This document shows positions 1-12,698 of a stretch of DNA of 64,000 nucleotides, in pieces. Origin of the DNA: Ministeria vibrans ATCC 50519 (taxonomy: Eukaryota; Protista; Filasterea); the NCBI GenBank assembly GCA_943704425.1, contig CALSCP010002643.1, forward strand, positions 1 through 64,000, written 5' to 3'. Positions within the stretch are counted from its first letter, which is position 1; every line of letters begins with the position of its first letter. The notes under the pieces are model-generated. The model did not search any database and was not told where the DNA came from. It saw only the letters and a list, made by a program, of their open reading frames with translations. The translations under genes were made by a program, and so were the position numbers.

Positions 1-3000
1 AAAAAAAAAGTGAGCAGATGAAGTGCGACATGGAACTTTTTTTTTTTTCTTCTCAACTTACATCCATAGCTTTTGTCTTGACATTGGCAACAGCGAGATT
101 TTCGTCGTTCCGCGAGAAGCGTTCGGCGGCGCGCCACTCGTCAAGATTGTCACCGCGCTGGTCAACATCGTGCACGTCGTTGCGACCGTCAAGCAAGCCA
201 AAGAGAGGGCGAAGGAGCGCAGCAATGTCGGGCTGGGACGAGTAGAAGCCAAAGGAGACAAGGAGATAGACGAGATGGAGCACCGAAGAGAGAAGCTTGT
301 TGTGCGACGGATCGCCGGCAATGACACCCATGTTTTCAGTAAGAAATTGTTCTACCCAGGTCATGAGCTGCGGAACAAAGTTGAGCTGGGAGCCGGTGGT
401 AGAGATACGACGGTCGGCCGACGAGTCCTCGTAGGGACGCGGTGTAAGTGTCTTCCACGCATATGTGAGCTGCACGCGTTCAAGTGAGTCACGGTTCGTG
501 CCCACGTCCACAAACAGCTGCGAAATAGAGTCGCAGTAGACACCGCGTAGGTCTATGATACCAAAAGATTGAGATCAAAAAAAAAATGAAAGCAAAAAAA
601 AATTGTTACCGTCGGGAAGCTCAGTGTCGGTCATGCCAGTGAACGTTTCGTTCCAGGAGAGGTACTCAAGTTCTTCAGTGATGACACGAAGAGCATTTGC
701 GTTGCGACCACTGCAGAGCTTGGCAAAGAGATCGAGTTGGGTGACGAGGAAGGAGTATGCCTCAATGCCCGTCAGACCTGTCTCCTGGCGACGTTCAGGG
801 GATGTGCGGAGCTTGCAAAAGCGCGAAAGGGGCACTGGAGTCGCACCCACTGAAGTGCGCACCACAATGCCACCGTTGGACACATCCGTATAGAAAATAA
901 GACCGTCATCTTTGCCTGAAGACAAAGCATCGTGAGTAAAAAATAAAAAAAACAAAAAAAACAAAAAAAATTAGTCGTTGCGATACCTCGAATAAGCATT
1001 CGCTCAACAATGTAATCTTGGTTGTTTCGGATGGCAACTTCTTCGCACCAGCAGATGACGCCCAGGAAGCGCAGGTAGAGCGGATCCTTTTGCTTCTTAA
1101 GCATGGTCAAGAAAAAGTCAATGTCCTTTGGCTTGATCCGATCAACAATGTTCCTAACAAGTACAAAAGATTAGCATTTTATGTGCACTTTCACCGATTT
1201 TGCAATGCAACATACCGGTTGTCGCGGACGAGTTCGGCGAGAGTGCTTGCAGCATGGAAGCCACGGCCGTAAGGGAGCTCCTCAAAGAGCAATGGGATGT
1301 AGCGAGCAAGGTAGTTCTCGTTCTTGCGCGAGTCACCAAGCAGATAGACATCGAGAAGATCGTTGACAAGACCCACAACGCTCAGCATCTTCTTGAAGCG
1401 CGGAGTAGATGCCATGGCGGCAAAAGAGACTGTGTGAGGTCCTGAGCCTCGCGTTGGGGCGACCACAAGGACCATGAGCATGTCGAGGAGAAGCAGATGG
1501 CGGAACTGTTTTTGACGGCGCTTGGACTCAATGCCGTCGATGAAGACGTACTGTTGGAGTTCAAGAAGAGTGGTGGTGATGGAGTTGTGTTCGCGCAAGG
1601 AGAGTTCGACGCCATCGACGCGGTTCTGGGTGTACGAATGGATCACGGGGAGAATACCGGAGATAAAGTTGCTCTCGAGCTCATCTCGCTCTTCGACGCG
1701 TTGAATGATGAATGCATCGTCGTAGTGCGACGTTTTGGAACACGTCAGGTGGAGGAGCGACGCATCATCCCAATGGAGACCCTCGAGGCCTTCCTTGTCG
1801 GCCATGGACTCGTAACGACGGCGCTTGTACGGCTCGGGGTCAGCGTGCAGCCAAGTGCCGCTGAGCGGGTGTTCAATGCGAGTGTAAGCATCGTATCTAA
1901 GATGAAGAGAGAGAAAGAGAAAAAGGAGAATGATAGAGAGAGAAAGAAAAGGGAGGAAGAAACAAAGAAAAGAGAACAAAGAGTGAGTATACACGCACAG
2001 ACACACACACACACACTGCGATGGGAAGCATACTGAATCTCAAGCTGCTCCTTGACAACGGCATGAAGACGGAAGACGGCGTTTGCATCGTTGCGGTCCT
2101 TGACAAGGGCAAGCGAGGGAGTGCCGTTGCGCGAGACTACGGCAAGGTAGCGCTTGGTGGGGAAGTGACGAAGACGACACAGAGATTCCCAGCGAATGCC
2201 AAGGCCGCGTGTGGGGTCGCCGTCAATCTCAATCTGCCAGTAGGTGGATGCGGAGGTGGGCGGGTAGAGCGTGTGGGGCTTTTTGGGGTTGAGAGGACGC
2301 ACACGCAAGTGGACCATTTCAATGGGACCCAAAAAAGGGTTTCCTTCCGTGGCCACATAGCCAGCACTCTCTTTGTGCAACAGACGCAGTGTGTCGCCGG
2401 CGTGGACGTAGTTCTCGGCGTCGGCACTGCGGCGTTGAAACTGACGGAGTGTCAGAGACGACTGAGTCACCGACAGGTTCACTTCGTAGCGACCGGCGTA
2501 CACTTGACCAGCCGCAATGCGCTCTGACGCGCAGTGAATGTACGTGCCCGTACTTTTCATCGACTCTAGCATCACTTTGTCGCTCATGCGCACTGCGTCA
2601 CCTTCCGCCCGGACCTATAAGAGACAACGAGTCAATGGAACTGTACTGTTGTATTTTTGCTCCCTCTCTATCACTTTGTTTCTTTCTCCCTCTTTTCTCT
2701 ATCACTTTGTTTCTTTCTCCCTCCTTCTCTATCACTTTGTTTCTTTCTCCCTCCTTTCTCTATCACTTTCTTTCTTTCTCTCAAACTCTCTCTCAAACTC
2801 TCTCTCTCTCAAACTCTCCCTCTCAAACTCTCTCTCTCAAACTCTCTCTCAAACTCTCTCTCTCAAACTCTCTCAAACTCCCTCTCTCAAACTCTCTCAA
2901 ACTCTCTCAAACTCTCTCAAACTCTCTCAAACTCTCTCAAACTCAAACTCCTCAAACTCTATCTATCTATCTCTTTGTCTCCCTCTCACCTTGTATCGAG

Positions 3001-3520
3001 GCATGATGCGGAAGCGAGCGTGCTTGTTGGCAATGTCGCCGAGATCCACGAGCATGTTAGTGTTCTCGGTAAAGGCAGTGTCGCGCGTGGAGACGCGGAG
3101 GTACTTGCCAGTGAGTTTGTGGCGCAGTTGGATGGTGTTAGCGTAGATGACAGGCTTGCCCATCTGACGCTTGCGTTCGAGAAGATTGTCTTCGTTCTCG
3201 GCGTCGGCAAGCTTCTTGGCGCTGCTCAGCTCGGGGTTGGAGGCCATGAGGGACGTGAGCGTGCGACGTGTGTTGCGGTTGTCCATTTGTTCGAGGATTT
3301 TCGCAAACCGCTTTGCCGCCTTGTACTTCTCCGGTGGCAAAATCTCAAAGGCAGAACCAAGGATGTTGGGCAGATCGGGCGATTCCATGGGAGTCGGCCA
3401 GGAGACGACAAAGCGGTTGATGGCATCCTGCGCAAACACATACCCGCCCGTCTCGTCGCTGTAGAGCGTAATCACGTCTCCAATCCGAAGCGTCTCGTCC
3501 GCGCCACTGATTAATGCCAT
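1..3520 (-). CDS. ITPR: Inositol 1,4,5-trisphosphate receptor (IP3R), 5' part; multi-exon, continues beyond the window start
   Basis: Successive minus-strand exons encode LRIGDVITLY..., ENEDNLLERKRQMGKPVIYANTIQLRHKLTGKYL, RFRIMPRYK (Ins145_P3_rec), MIR repeats (GDTLRLLHKE; CRLRHFPTKRYL; YTRIEHPLSGTWLH), RRQKQFRH and RKNENYLA (RIH domain), and LDLFAKLCSGRN. Confidence 0.92.
2660..2970. repeat. Intronic minisatellite (~31-bp CTATCACTTTGTTTCTTTCTCCCTC unit) followed by a CTCTCTCAAA array
   Basis: Tandem units directly visible inside an IP3R intron. Confidence 0.9.
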
Positions 3521-4389
3521 ATTCTGCCCAAGCCAAAGACATGCCGATGAGTGGGCGACGCAATACAGACAAACATATCACAAGTGTAATGTTGAGTTTT
3601 TTTTTGCTGATGCAAGCGCAGAAACAACGCCTAAACCGCGCGGGCGTGCACGGGAGGGCGTCGGCAACACCGGGAAATGCACAGGCATGCGGCGTGCAGG
3701 GGAAATGGCGTGCGATAGAGGGTCGTGCAACCAAACCCGATTAAGCCTCTTTTTTTCGCTTTTTTTTTGTCCCTTTTTTTTCTTTTTTTTTTTTTTTGAG
3801 GTTTGTGAAAGAGAACTTAAGTGCGAGCGAGGGTCGAGAGGAGAGAGAGTGTGTGTATGGGGCGGATTGCGGGCTGGGGGAAGAGCGAGGGGGCGATTTG
3901 AGAGAGAGAGAGAGAGACAGAGAAGAGCGTGAGAGTCAATGAGAAGCAAATGATTAAGGAACGATAGATCTGACATGAGAAACGGACGGCGTCGGGCAGA
4001 CGCGGCGCGGATAGGGTGGTGAGGGGTCGTAGGGGGTGGGCGGGGAAGAGAAACGCAGGGAGATGGCGCGACAAGGACGTGATGGAGTGTGTGGTGTTTT
4101 TGTTTGTGCGTACAGCTCAGACAAGTGACACGCGAGAGGAGAGAGACACGTGGGGAGGCGCACAGGAGAGAAGACAAAGAATGTCAAACAAGAATGACTA
4201 AAGAAAAAGTAACCAGTAAACAGTCACTAAACTGTGTGTGTGAAACTAAAGATTTTGAGACACTATTATTGTTTCGTTTGGAAATCCCAAATAATAGACA
4301 AAATTTTATACATTGGCATTTATTATTTGGCAATTATTATTACGTATTTAGTGATTTTAGTCCGTTTCCTATTTTCTCTTATCTGTATA

Positions 4390-5380
4390 ATGAGCCACGT
4401 TGTAAGATGGGCGGGGCGAGCACTGCCGAGCGTTCTTCCGGCGCGATCGGCGTTGAGATCACCTTTGATGGCGACCGCGTCGCTGTTCGCTAGAGCGTGT
4501 CTGCCGACGAGAACAAGACTCTACAGCACTGCCAGTAGCGCTACCGATACAGCTGAAGCCCACGGCGACCAGATGGACGCCCAGAAGAGTATGGCAAAAC
4601 GAGCAAACGAACGAACGACTTCTTATGGCTCTCACTTCCATTTCGCTGTAGCATCCAGCGGAGACGACGCGGCAATACCCTTGTCAACCAAGTGGGTGTC
4701 CAGGGCAGTGCAACAGCCAGGTATGAAATGCCTTGTTTTTCGCAGACAGTCCCATCAAAAAAAAAAAGTCTCTCGTTGTCGTTTTGCTCACACCCAAAAC
4801 AGCAGGACACGCGTCGTTTGGAGAGCTCTTTCTGACGACACAAGGACGCACGCCGCTTCAGGTTTGTCTCTTCTTCCAGATGCTGTCATAAATCCTTTCG
4901 TTCTCACTTACGAGTCCTTTTCTTTTTCTTTTTTTTTTTTTCACTCTGTGTGTGTGTGTGTGTGAGTAGGACGGAGTCAAGACAAAAGGATTTGTTGTGG
5001 CGAACAACCACCCGCGCTACCTCGTGGTCGACATTGGGGCCAAGCACCCGGTTGTAGTGATGCGTCCACCGACGCTGCCGCCGACACGCGAGTCTGTTGG
5101 CAAAGAGGTTGTTGTGAGTATGCACCGACAGGAGATCACGTTCAGTCCGTTTGGACATCCGCAACGCACACTGACACACACGCCCGACGCGGACTTTTGC
5201 TATGAACTGACGGCCGACAACAACCATATGGTGAACGAGCCAGTGGAGGAGGAGGAGGAAAAGGACAAGAGTGCGTTTGTGCGACGGCCCGCCGAGCCAC
5301 TGCGCATCGAGGTGAAGCCAAAGGAGGATCTGAATGCACTTTTGGCGCGCATGAGGGCCAGTCGCAGTGTCAGGAAGTAG
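4390..5380 (+). CDS. Hypothetical protein with a mitochondrial-presequence-like N-terminus (~3 exons)
   Basis: ATG at 4390; Arg/Ser/Ala/Leu-rich, acid-free N-terminus (MSHVVRWAGRALPSVLPARSALR...RLYST); GT-AG introns at 4721 and ~4862-4969; last exon is ORF 4997-5380. Confidence 0.55.
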
Positions 5381-5562
5381 TGCTACACAAACGCGCAAGC
5401 AGGAGAAGAGTATAGTAAATTTATTTTACTTTTAAGTTTTGAGTTTTTGCACCGATCTGTCACTGAGTCACGAGTCAGCATCACTCGATTTGATTTCTCT
5501 CTTGTTCGCGCATTTGGTCACATCGTAAAGCGACCCATCCATTCTCTCTCTCTCTTACCACG

Positions 5563-5624
5563 ATGTCGCAGCCTACGTCCGGTACGGCCTGGCACACTCT
5601 TGCCACTCTCACTCTTCTCATGTT

Positions 5625-5672
<48 letters not shown>

Positions 5673-8600
5673 TCTCTCTCTCCCCTTCCCCTCCCCTGCT
5701 ACCACCATCCCTAGCGAACCGCGGCAAGGTCCATATCAAGCCGTTCCGAAAGCCGGTATGTCCTCTTCCCGTGTGTGCGATGAGTCAACCGACTCTTTTC
5801 GCTGACACACCATAACGAAGCGTTTTTTAAAAATACAAGAAAAAAGAGAATCTGAACTTACTCTGAACTGCTGTTGACTCCGCCTTGCTTTCCCACAGCC
5901 CATGGATCCGTCGTTTATTGATAACATGTGGGACTTGCTCAAGGTAAGCACGAATGGCGGGCGGAGTTGTGGAGTGGAAGAGAAAGTGCTCTCTGTTTCA
6001 CCAGTCCCGTTTTTATAACTCCTTCTGCTGACGCGATGTCCCTCCCAATCTTGCTTTATTCTCCCCAGAACGCCATCCAGGAGATCCAAAGTCAAAACAG
6101 CTCGGGTTTGAGCTTTGAACAGCTGTACAGGTATGGCGTTTTGGCCGAGATTGTCATGTGCAACACACAATTCGAATCTGACACTTTTCGTCGCATCGTG
6201 ACTCACGCATTCCCCTGCGCGTATCTCACCACGTCTGTGCATGTAGGAGTGCCTACAATATGGTGTTGCACAAGAACGGCGATCGTCTCTACAACGGTCT
6301 TCGCGACGTTGTAAAAGGTACTGCAGAGTCATTGTGATCTATCCTCAGTTTGTCCCCCGCAGCGACACCTTCTTCTTCTTCCATGTCCTCCGTGTCCCCC
6401 CTCCTATGATACCAACTGAGAATCCCAGTTGCTTTAGCGCAAGATCCTGAGCACTCACTCTCACCACACCACATAGATCACTTGACCAAAGTCGCCGCGT
6501 CAGTCGAACGTGAACTCGACACAAACTTACTGGGTGCTCTCACGGCCGCCTGGCATGACCACAACACCGCAATGCTCATGATTCGAGACATTCTCATGTA
6601 CATGGTAAGTCGAAACGCTTTTCCTTTCTCACTGATACCGAAAAATATATATAAACAACCAAAAACACATAGGATCGAGTTTATGTGCAAAACAAAATGG
6701 CCTCCGTCTTTGACTTGGGTCTTGAAATCTTCTGCACACACGTCGCTCGTCACCCGCGCATCCGCGATGCTCTTCGCTCTTCCATGTTGTCGAGTGTGGC
6801 GCGCGAGAGAGCCGGGGAAACCATTGAGCGACTGTCCATGCGCGATGCATGTCAGATGCTGAAGGTTCTCGGAATCAACTCGCTCACCGTCTACGTTGAG
6901 GATTTTATGGTATTCAATTTGTATAATTATACTTTTTACACATACGTTGGCATACCGCTTACCGTTTTTTTTATTCTTTTTTTTCTTTTTTTTCTTTTTT
7001 TTTTTTTGTGCGTAGAATCCGTTTCTTGATGCCTCTACCAAATTTTATCAGATGGAGAGTCAACGTTTCATCTCGGAGAACTCAGCGGGAGAGTACTTGA
7101 AACAGGCCGAGCGATTGGTGAACGAAGAGACACAGCGCGTGACAAATTATCTCTTGCCCGAGACTGAACCAGAGATCAAAAAGGTGAGGACAAAAAACAA
7201 GTTCATAATAATAATAATTATTATTAATAATTATAATGTAATTATTTATTTTGATCATTATTGTTATTTTATTTTGCTTATCCATGATCGTGTTTTTAGA
7301 TAGTGTATCGTGAGTTGATTACGAACCACATGATGGCGATTGTTGAGATGGAAAACAGCGGTCTCAACTTTATGCTTGAGCACGAGCGACTGGATGACCT
7401 GGGACGCATGTTTACGCTGTTCAAGTATGTTGATGGGGGTCATCGTCTTATGTGCGAGCGGGTGCGTGACTATCTGCAGACGGTGGGGAGTCGTCTAGTG
7501 GGCGAAGATGCCAAGACCGGCGAGGCAGCAGAGGATGATTCTACTACTTCGACAACGACTGCTGCTGCTGCTGCTGCTGCTGTTGCGCCTTCCGTGAGTG
7601 CTGCTGTGCCTGCGGGAGCGCGAGATGCCATTGCGTTTGTGCAAGCGTTGTTGCTATTACGCGAAAAGTACCAACGCATTCTGGATGTGTCGTTCCGGGC
7701 CGATACAGAGTTCCGCAAGAGCATTACGGCCGCTTTTGAGACGTTTGTCAACCGGTGTGCGCGTGCACCCGAGTTCATTTCACTCTTTATTGACGATCAG
7801 CTCAAACGCGGTCTCAAAGGCTCGAGTGAGGAGGAGGTCGAGGCGACCCTTGTGAATGCCATCTCGCTGTTTCGTCACTTGCGCGACAAGGACGTCTTTG
7901 AACGCTACTACAAGCAACACCTGGCCAAACGATTGCTACTGGCGAAGTCGCTGAGCGATGATGCGGAGCGACTGATGATTAGCAAGCTCAAGACGGAGTG
8001 TGGCTATCAGTTTACGTCAAAGCTCGAAGGCATGTTTAAGGACATCAACTTGTCACAGACGACAATGAACTCGTTTCATCTCTGGCTCGGCACTTCCGCT
8101 GCATCCGCTGCGCTGCCTTCCCCCGACTCCGTTCCCGTTGACATCACCGTCCGCGTGCTCACCAAGGGTCTCTGGCCCACCAGCGCCCAGTCGTCGAAGA
8201 TGTGTGTGCTCCCTCTGGCCGTTCGCACTGCGCGCGATCGCTTTGAAAAATTCTACCTGTCGAGTCATCAGAACCGTCTCCTTGCATGGCAGTACATGAT
8301 GTCCACAGCGGACATTCGTGCCGAGTTCCGCTCCGGCAAGAAGGAGCTCAACGTGTCCACCTTTCAAATGTGTGTCCTGCAGCTCCTCAGCGAAGCGGCT
8401 CGCTCTCGCGACTCTCCCTCTCCCTCCATCTCCTACGAGAAGCTCCACGCCGACACAGACATCGCTGCGTCGGACCTCAAGCGAGCCCTTCAAGTAAAAT
8501 GATTGCATGCGCAGTCGCAGAGTGTACTGAATTTGTTTGTCTGGTGTATTTTTAGGCTCTTGCTTGCGGGAAATACCGAGTGCTCAACATGGAACCGACG

Positions 8601-9207
8601 CGTGGCCGTGAAATCACAGAGAGCACTCGCTTTTCCATCAACGAGTCCTTCTCGTGTCGTCACGTGCGCATTAAGATCCAGAATGTGGCAGCAAAAGAGA
8701 CCGAGCTCGAACTCAAAGAGACGGCTCAAAAGGTATCTCACTTATACATTGCCATACACTCCCACATGACACAATGATCATGTGATGCACTGTCTCTACC
8801 GCGCGCTATCTCACACACATTCACACACTGAGCATACACACAAAGCACTCACTCACGCACATTGAGCACTCACTCACGCACCANNNNNACTCACTCACTC
8901 ACATTGAACACTCACTCACTCACTCTGTAGGTTGATGAGGACCGCAAGCACCAGATTGAGGCGTGCATTGTGCGTGTGATGAAGGCCCGTCGTCAGATGG
9001 CCCATGCCAATCTCGTTGCTGAAGTCACAAAGCTACTACAATCCCGGTATATAATTGCATGTACATACTCGTCTCGTAACACTCCCCGTCTCTCATAGAT
9101 TTATGCCTAATCCTGCACACGTGAAAAAGCGCATTGAGAGTCTCATTGAACGAGAGTATCTTGAGCGAAGTGCCGACCATCGTGGCACCTACCGCTACCT
9201 CGCCTGA
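5563..9207 (+). CDS. CUL3: Cullin-3 (multi-exon)
   Basis: Spliced product [55 protein letters not shown], then [38 protein letters not shown], the neddylation motif [19 protein letters not shown], and the ending [15 protein letters not shown]...YRYLA*. Confidence 0.96.
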
Positions 9208-9395
9208 GCTGTGTGTACCGTACCGCCTCTGTTTTGATTCATTTTGTAGAAATAATAATAATACTAGTTCACGTCTTTTTACACACATTTTTACGTTGAC
9301 TTGACTGCATTTTTTTACTTGACAACAGTCACAACACTAATAACAACAATAATAATTATTATTACTAACATCACCTTCGCAATAAGTATAGCTTC

Positions 9396-10293
9396 ATGAC
9401 TGCAAGCGTAAGCAAATAGTTTTCGTTTCCTTGACAACCACTCTAGCAACCCCCATTACCACTCTACCTCCTCTCTCTCTCTCTCTCTCTCTCTACCTCC
9501 TCTCTCTCTCTCGCAAATGCGCATTTTCTCTCTATCCCCTGAACTGCCTTTTGCAACCCAACACTGCTCAGTGTTGTGGCTTCATCGTTCTCACCATTTT
9601 GAGGACTTTGTAGGATTTGCGTCCCGAAGTGACGCTCGCCATGATCAAACCGGACGCTTTTGAGCACACCGAAGCTATCGTTGCCTACATTCGGTCTCAT
9701 GGCTTCATCATCCTTCGACAGCGCTGCGTGCAGTTATCACAGGCGGAGGTAGAGTCGTTTTTATAATTATAGTTATTTTCCTTGCGCCCTCACTCACTCT
9801 CGAGCTCTTGCTTGTGATATGACAGGCAATGGAGTTTTACAAGGAACACAGCAACCGCCCGTTCTTTGATGATCTTGTTGCCTTTATGACGAGCGGGCGA
9901 GTGACTGTGATGGCGCTGGCGCGCGTCAACGCTGTCACTGAGTGGCGTCGTCTGTTGGGACCGACAGATTCAGTGTGTGCGCGCACAGAGGCTCCCGAGA
10001 GCATTCGGGCGCTTTTCGGCGAAAACAACCGACGCAACGCGGCACACGGGTCTGATTCGACAGCGTCCGCTCACCGCGAAGCACGCTTTTTTTTTCCGGG
10101 TATCATTGTGCAAGACTATGAGTCTACCAACACGCCCACAGGCGAGTACACCATGTCATTCAACAAAACGCTCTTGGCCGGTCTAACAGCATTGTGCAAG
10201 GCCAAGCCAGCGGATCCCGTTGTTTGGCTGGCCGACTGGCTCCACCACAACAACCCTGCGGCGCCCACAGTCGCTGAACCGTCTGAAGAGTGA
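9396..10293 (+). CDS. NME5: Nucleoside diphosphate kinase 5 / radial spoke protein 23 (NDK + Dpy-30 domain), 3 exons
   Basis: MTAS|DLRPEVTLAMIKPDA...EFYKEHSNRPFFDDLVAFMTSG...RNAAHGSDS; C-terminal Dpy-30 motif TLLAGLTALCKAKPADPVVWLADWL. Confidence 0.88.
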
Positions 10294-10550
10294 AGACGAG
10301 AAAAACAGTAAAAGTGTACAATAGACTTTGCATTATATGTTCCACATGAGTCTTGAAATTACTTGAAAGCATACACGTAGCCTACCAGGTACGTACGTGC
10401 ATATGGAGTACTGACTGGACTCACTATGTCAAGGATCAAAGTTTTGTTGGATAGTTGACGTGGAATGAGTCGAAGAATTGATATTGATTCAATTTAAACT
10501 TTTTTCTCTCTACGCCAAGGGACCCCCAAACGCAATAATAACTCTAAGCC

Positions 10551-11583
10551 ATGGACAATCTCATCAAGCACGTTGAAAGTTTTCCGCGCAAGAAGTCCAT
10601 TTTGGTCGTTGGCCCAAAGGGTGCGGGAAAATCAAGTCTGGTCGAAAAGCTCAAATGGGTTGCTGAAAACGCTCAAAACAAGAGAAAACGCAAGCAAGCA
10701 GGCAGTATCACAAAACACAAGGCTCTCAGACCAAAAAACTCGGCGCCTACAACCACTTTTCGTAAGTTTATTGTTTTTTGTGACTCGACCCCCCGAGATT
10801 TTTTTTGTGCATCTTTTATACAAATCCCAATCGCCCCAGTGAAAAAGTGATACAAGCATACATTCATATGTAACTCTAGCGCATTGATTGGTGATTAGAC
10901 TTTTATTTAGACTGTAACAGAAAGAGTATGTGTCTCTCTTTTCTGTGAGTCGGTTTGAGGAATTTATTATTTTGAGGGTCGGTCGGACGAACTAATCTTC
11001 CCGTTCTTTTTAGACAATGTCACTCTCGCGACAGGAACCACAGTTCAAGACTCGCCGGGTCTTTCGTCATTTGACCAAGCAACATGTGCGCGCCTTCAGA
11101 CTACGGTTGACGGAAGTCATTCGACGGAGGGAGTGACGTTGGAACAATTTGCTCAGCCTGCAAGTTATTGGAAAAGTGTGATGACAGTCTTTAAAAGACG
11201 CACTTTTGATGCAATTATCATTGTAACGTCCGCTCTTCAGAGCGAAGCTCTTCGCGAAGACGAGTACCAGTGTGGACGCATCAAGAAAACGTTTGCCAAA
11301 AATGGTGGGGAAATAATGCTGTTGAAAGAGTCATCTCATTGTTTGTTGTGTAGTGCCCACAATTCTTGTGTTGACCCACGCAGACAAAGTCGGTCAGCGC
11401 AAACAACTCAAAGAGCACATTCGACGGGCGCAAGCAGTGACGGGCATTGAGAAGGTCCTGCCACTCAGCGACATGCATGTTGAGCAGGACACACTCCACG
11501 TTGCGAGTGACGAACATGTCAGGCAATTCACACGCGTCGTCGAAGAGACAGCCAATGCGCTCAATACGACTAGTGATAATTAA
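10551..11583 (+). CDS. P-loop GTPase, IFI44/AIG1-like (multi-exon, possible 15-nt micro-exon 10911-10925)
   Basis: G1 ILVVGPKGAGKSS, G3 QDSPG (~11048-11060) and G4-like ILVLTHAD join in frame across GT-AG introns. Confidence 0.6.
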
Positions 11584-12297
11584 AATAATAATAATAATAA
11601 TCCCTTTGAATATGTCTTCTTTTTTTATATTAATAAAAATATTAATAATAATACGAAGAAGAATACAACCCATTTATTAATAATACAGTCAGTCAGTGAC
11701 TGTCAGTCACCACGCAAACCGAAGCTGGAGAATTGTAAATAATAATAATATTATGATTTTTCGAAATAAATTCTCTATAATATTTTATTATCTTATTTCT
11801 GAGTCAAAATCATTTCTGTTCACTCTGTAATTCGAACCTCTTGCACTAGAATGAGCACACCCCACACACTCAAGACCTCTCGGCAGGATTGTCCTTCACG
11901 CAACATCGACCAGGACGCCGCTGGTGCTTCAGGTGAGTTGAAACGGTTTCACATCCGAATTTTGCAATGGGATTTGTTTGTTGGAGGCCGTGTCGCTCTC
12001 TGTGGCGTTTGAGAGAGTTGTCAGTCGGGTGGTATGAGATGCGAGAGAGAATGTGAGTGCGGGCTTGTATCTCTTTCGAGGTCGAGTCCTTTTCTTTCTT
12101 TTCTCTCTCTCTCTGTTTGTATTATGCGCCTTGCCCCTGTCTTGCGGGGCCTGGGCGTATGTGCAGTTGGATGTTTGGCCTGCGACAGTGTCAACGGCTC
12201 AACGCCGAGTCAAGCTGCTTTGCAATCAAACGGTGTTTGTTGTGAGTTCGTTGTGAGTTTGTATTTGGCGTTTGTAGCGCTGTAGGATGCTCGCAGA

Positions 12298-12413
12298 ATG
12301 CACAGCAAGCGTAGTCGCACTATGGGTTCGTCGTCGTCTGCTTCGTCGCGTTCGTACTGCTGTTTTTTTTCTCTTCTTGCAGTGGGGTATTCTTCGCGTT
12401 TGTTTCACACACA

Positions 12414-12488
<75 letters not shown>

Positions 12489-12650
12489 TCTCCCATCCGC
12501 AACAACTCATTTTCCTTTGCATCCTTCCCATTTCCCCTTCTTTCCTGCATTCCGTCACTGCTTGTCTGCCTCTGCCACTGCCGATCAACCTCATTTTCTC
12601 CCTCCTGTCGCTAGATAACTACATGTAAGAAAAAGACTTATAAAAATATA

Positions 12651-12698
<48 letters not shown>

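Noticed and set aside
2389-3146. Long Leu/Ser/Phe-rich ORFs (also at 35366-35780, 56641-57588 and 23517-24370)
   Set aside because: These are translations of intronic microsatellites, minisatellites or N gaps
11851-11932. ATG-initiated exon upstream of the TIR gene as its first coding exon
   Set aside because: Splicing to the acceptors at 12277 or 12285 hits a stop within a few codons; more likely a 5' UTR exon or uORF
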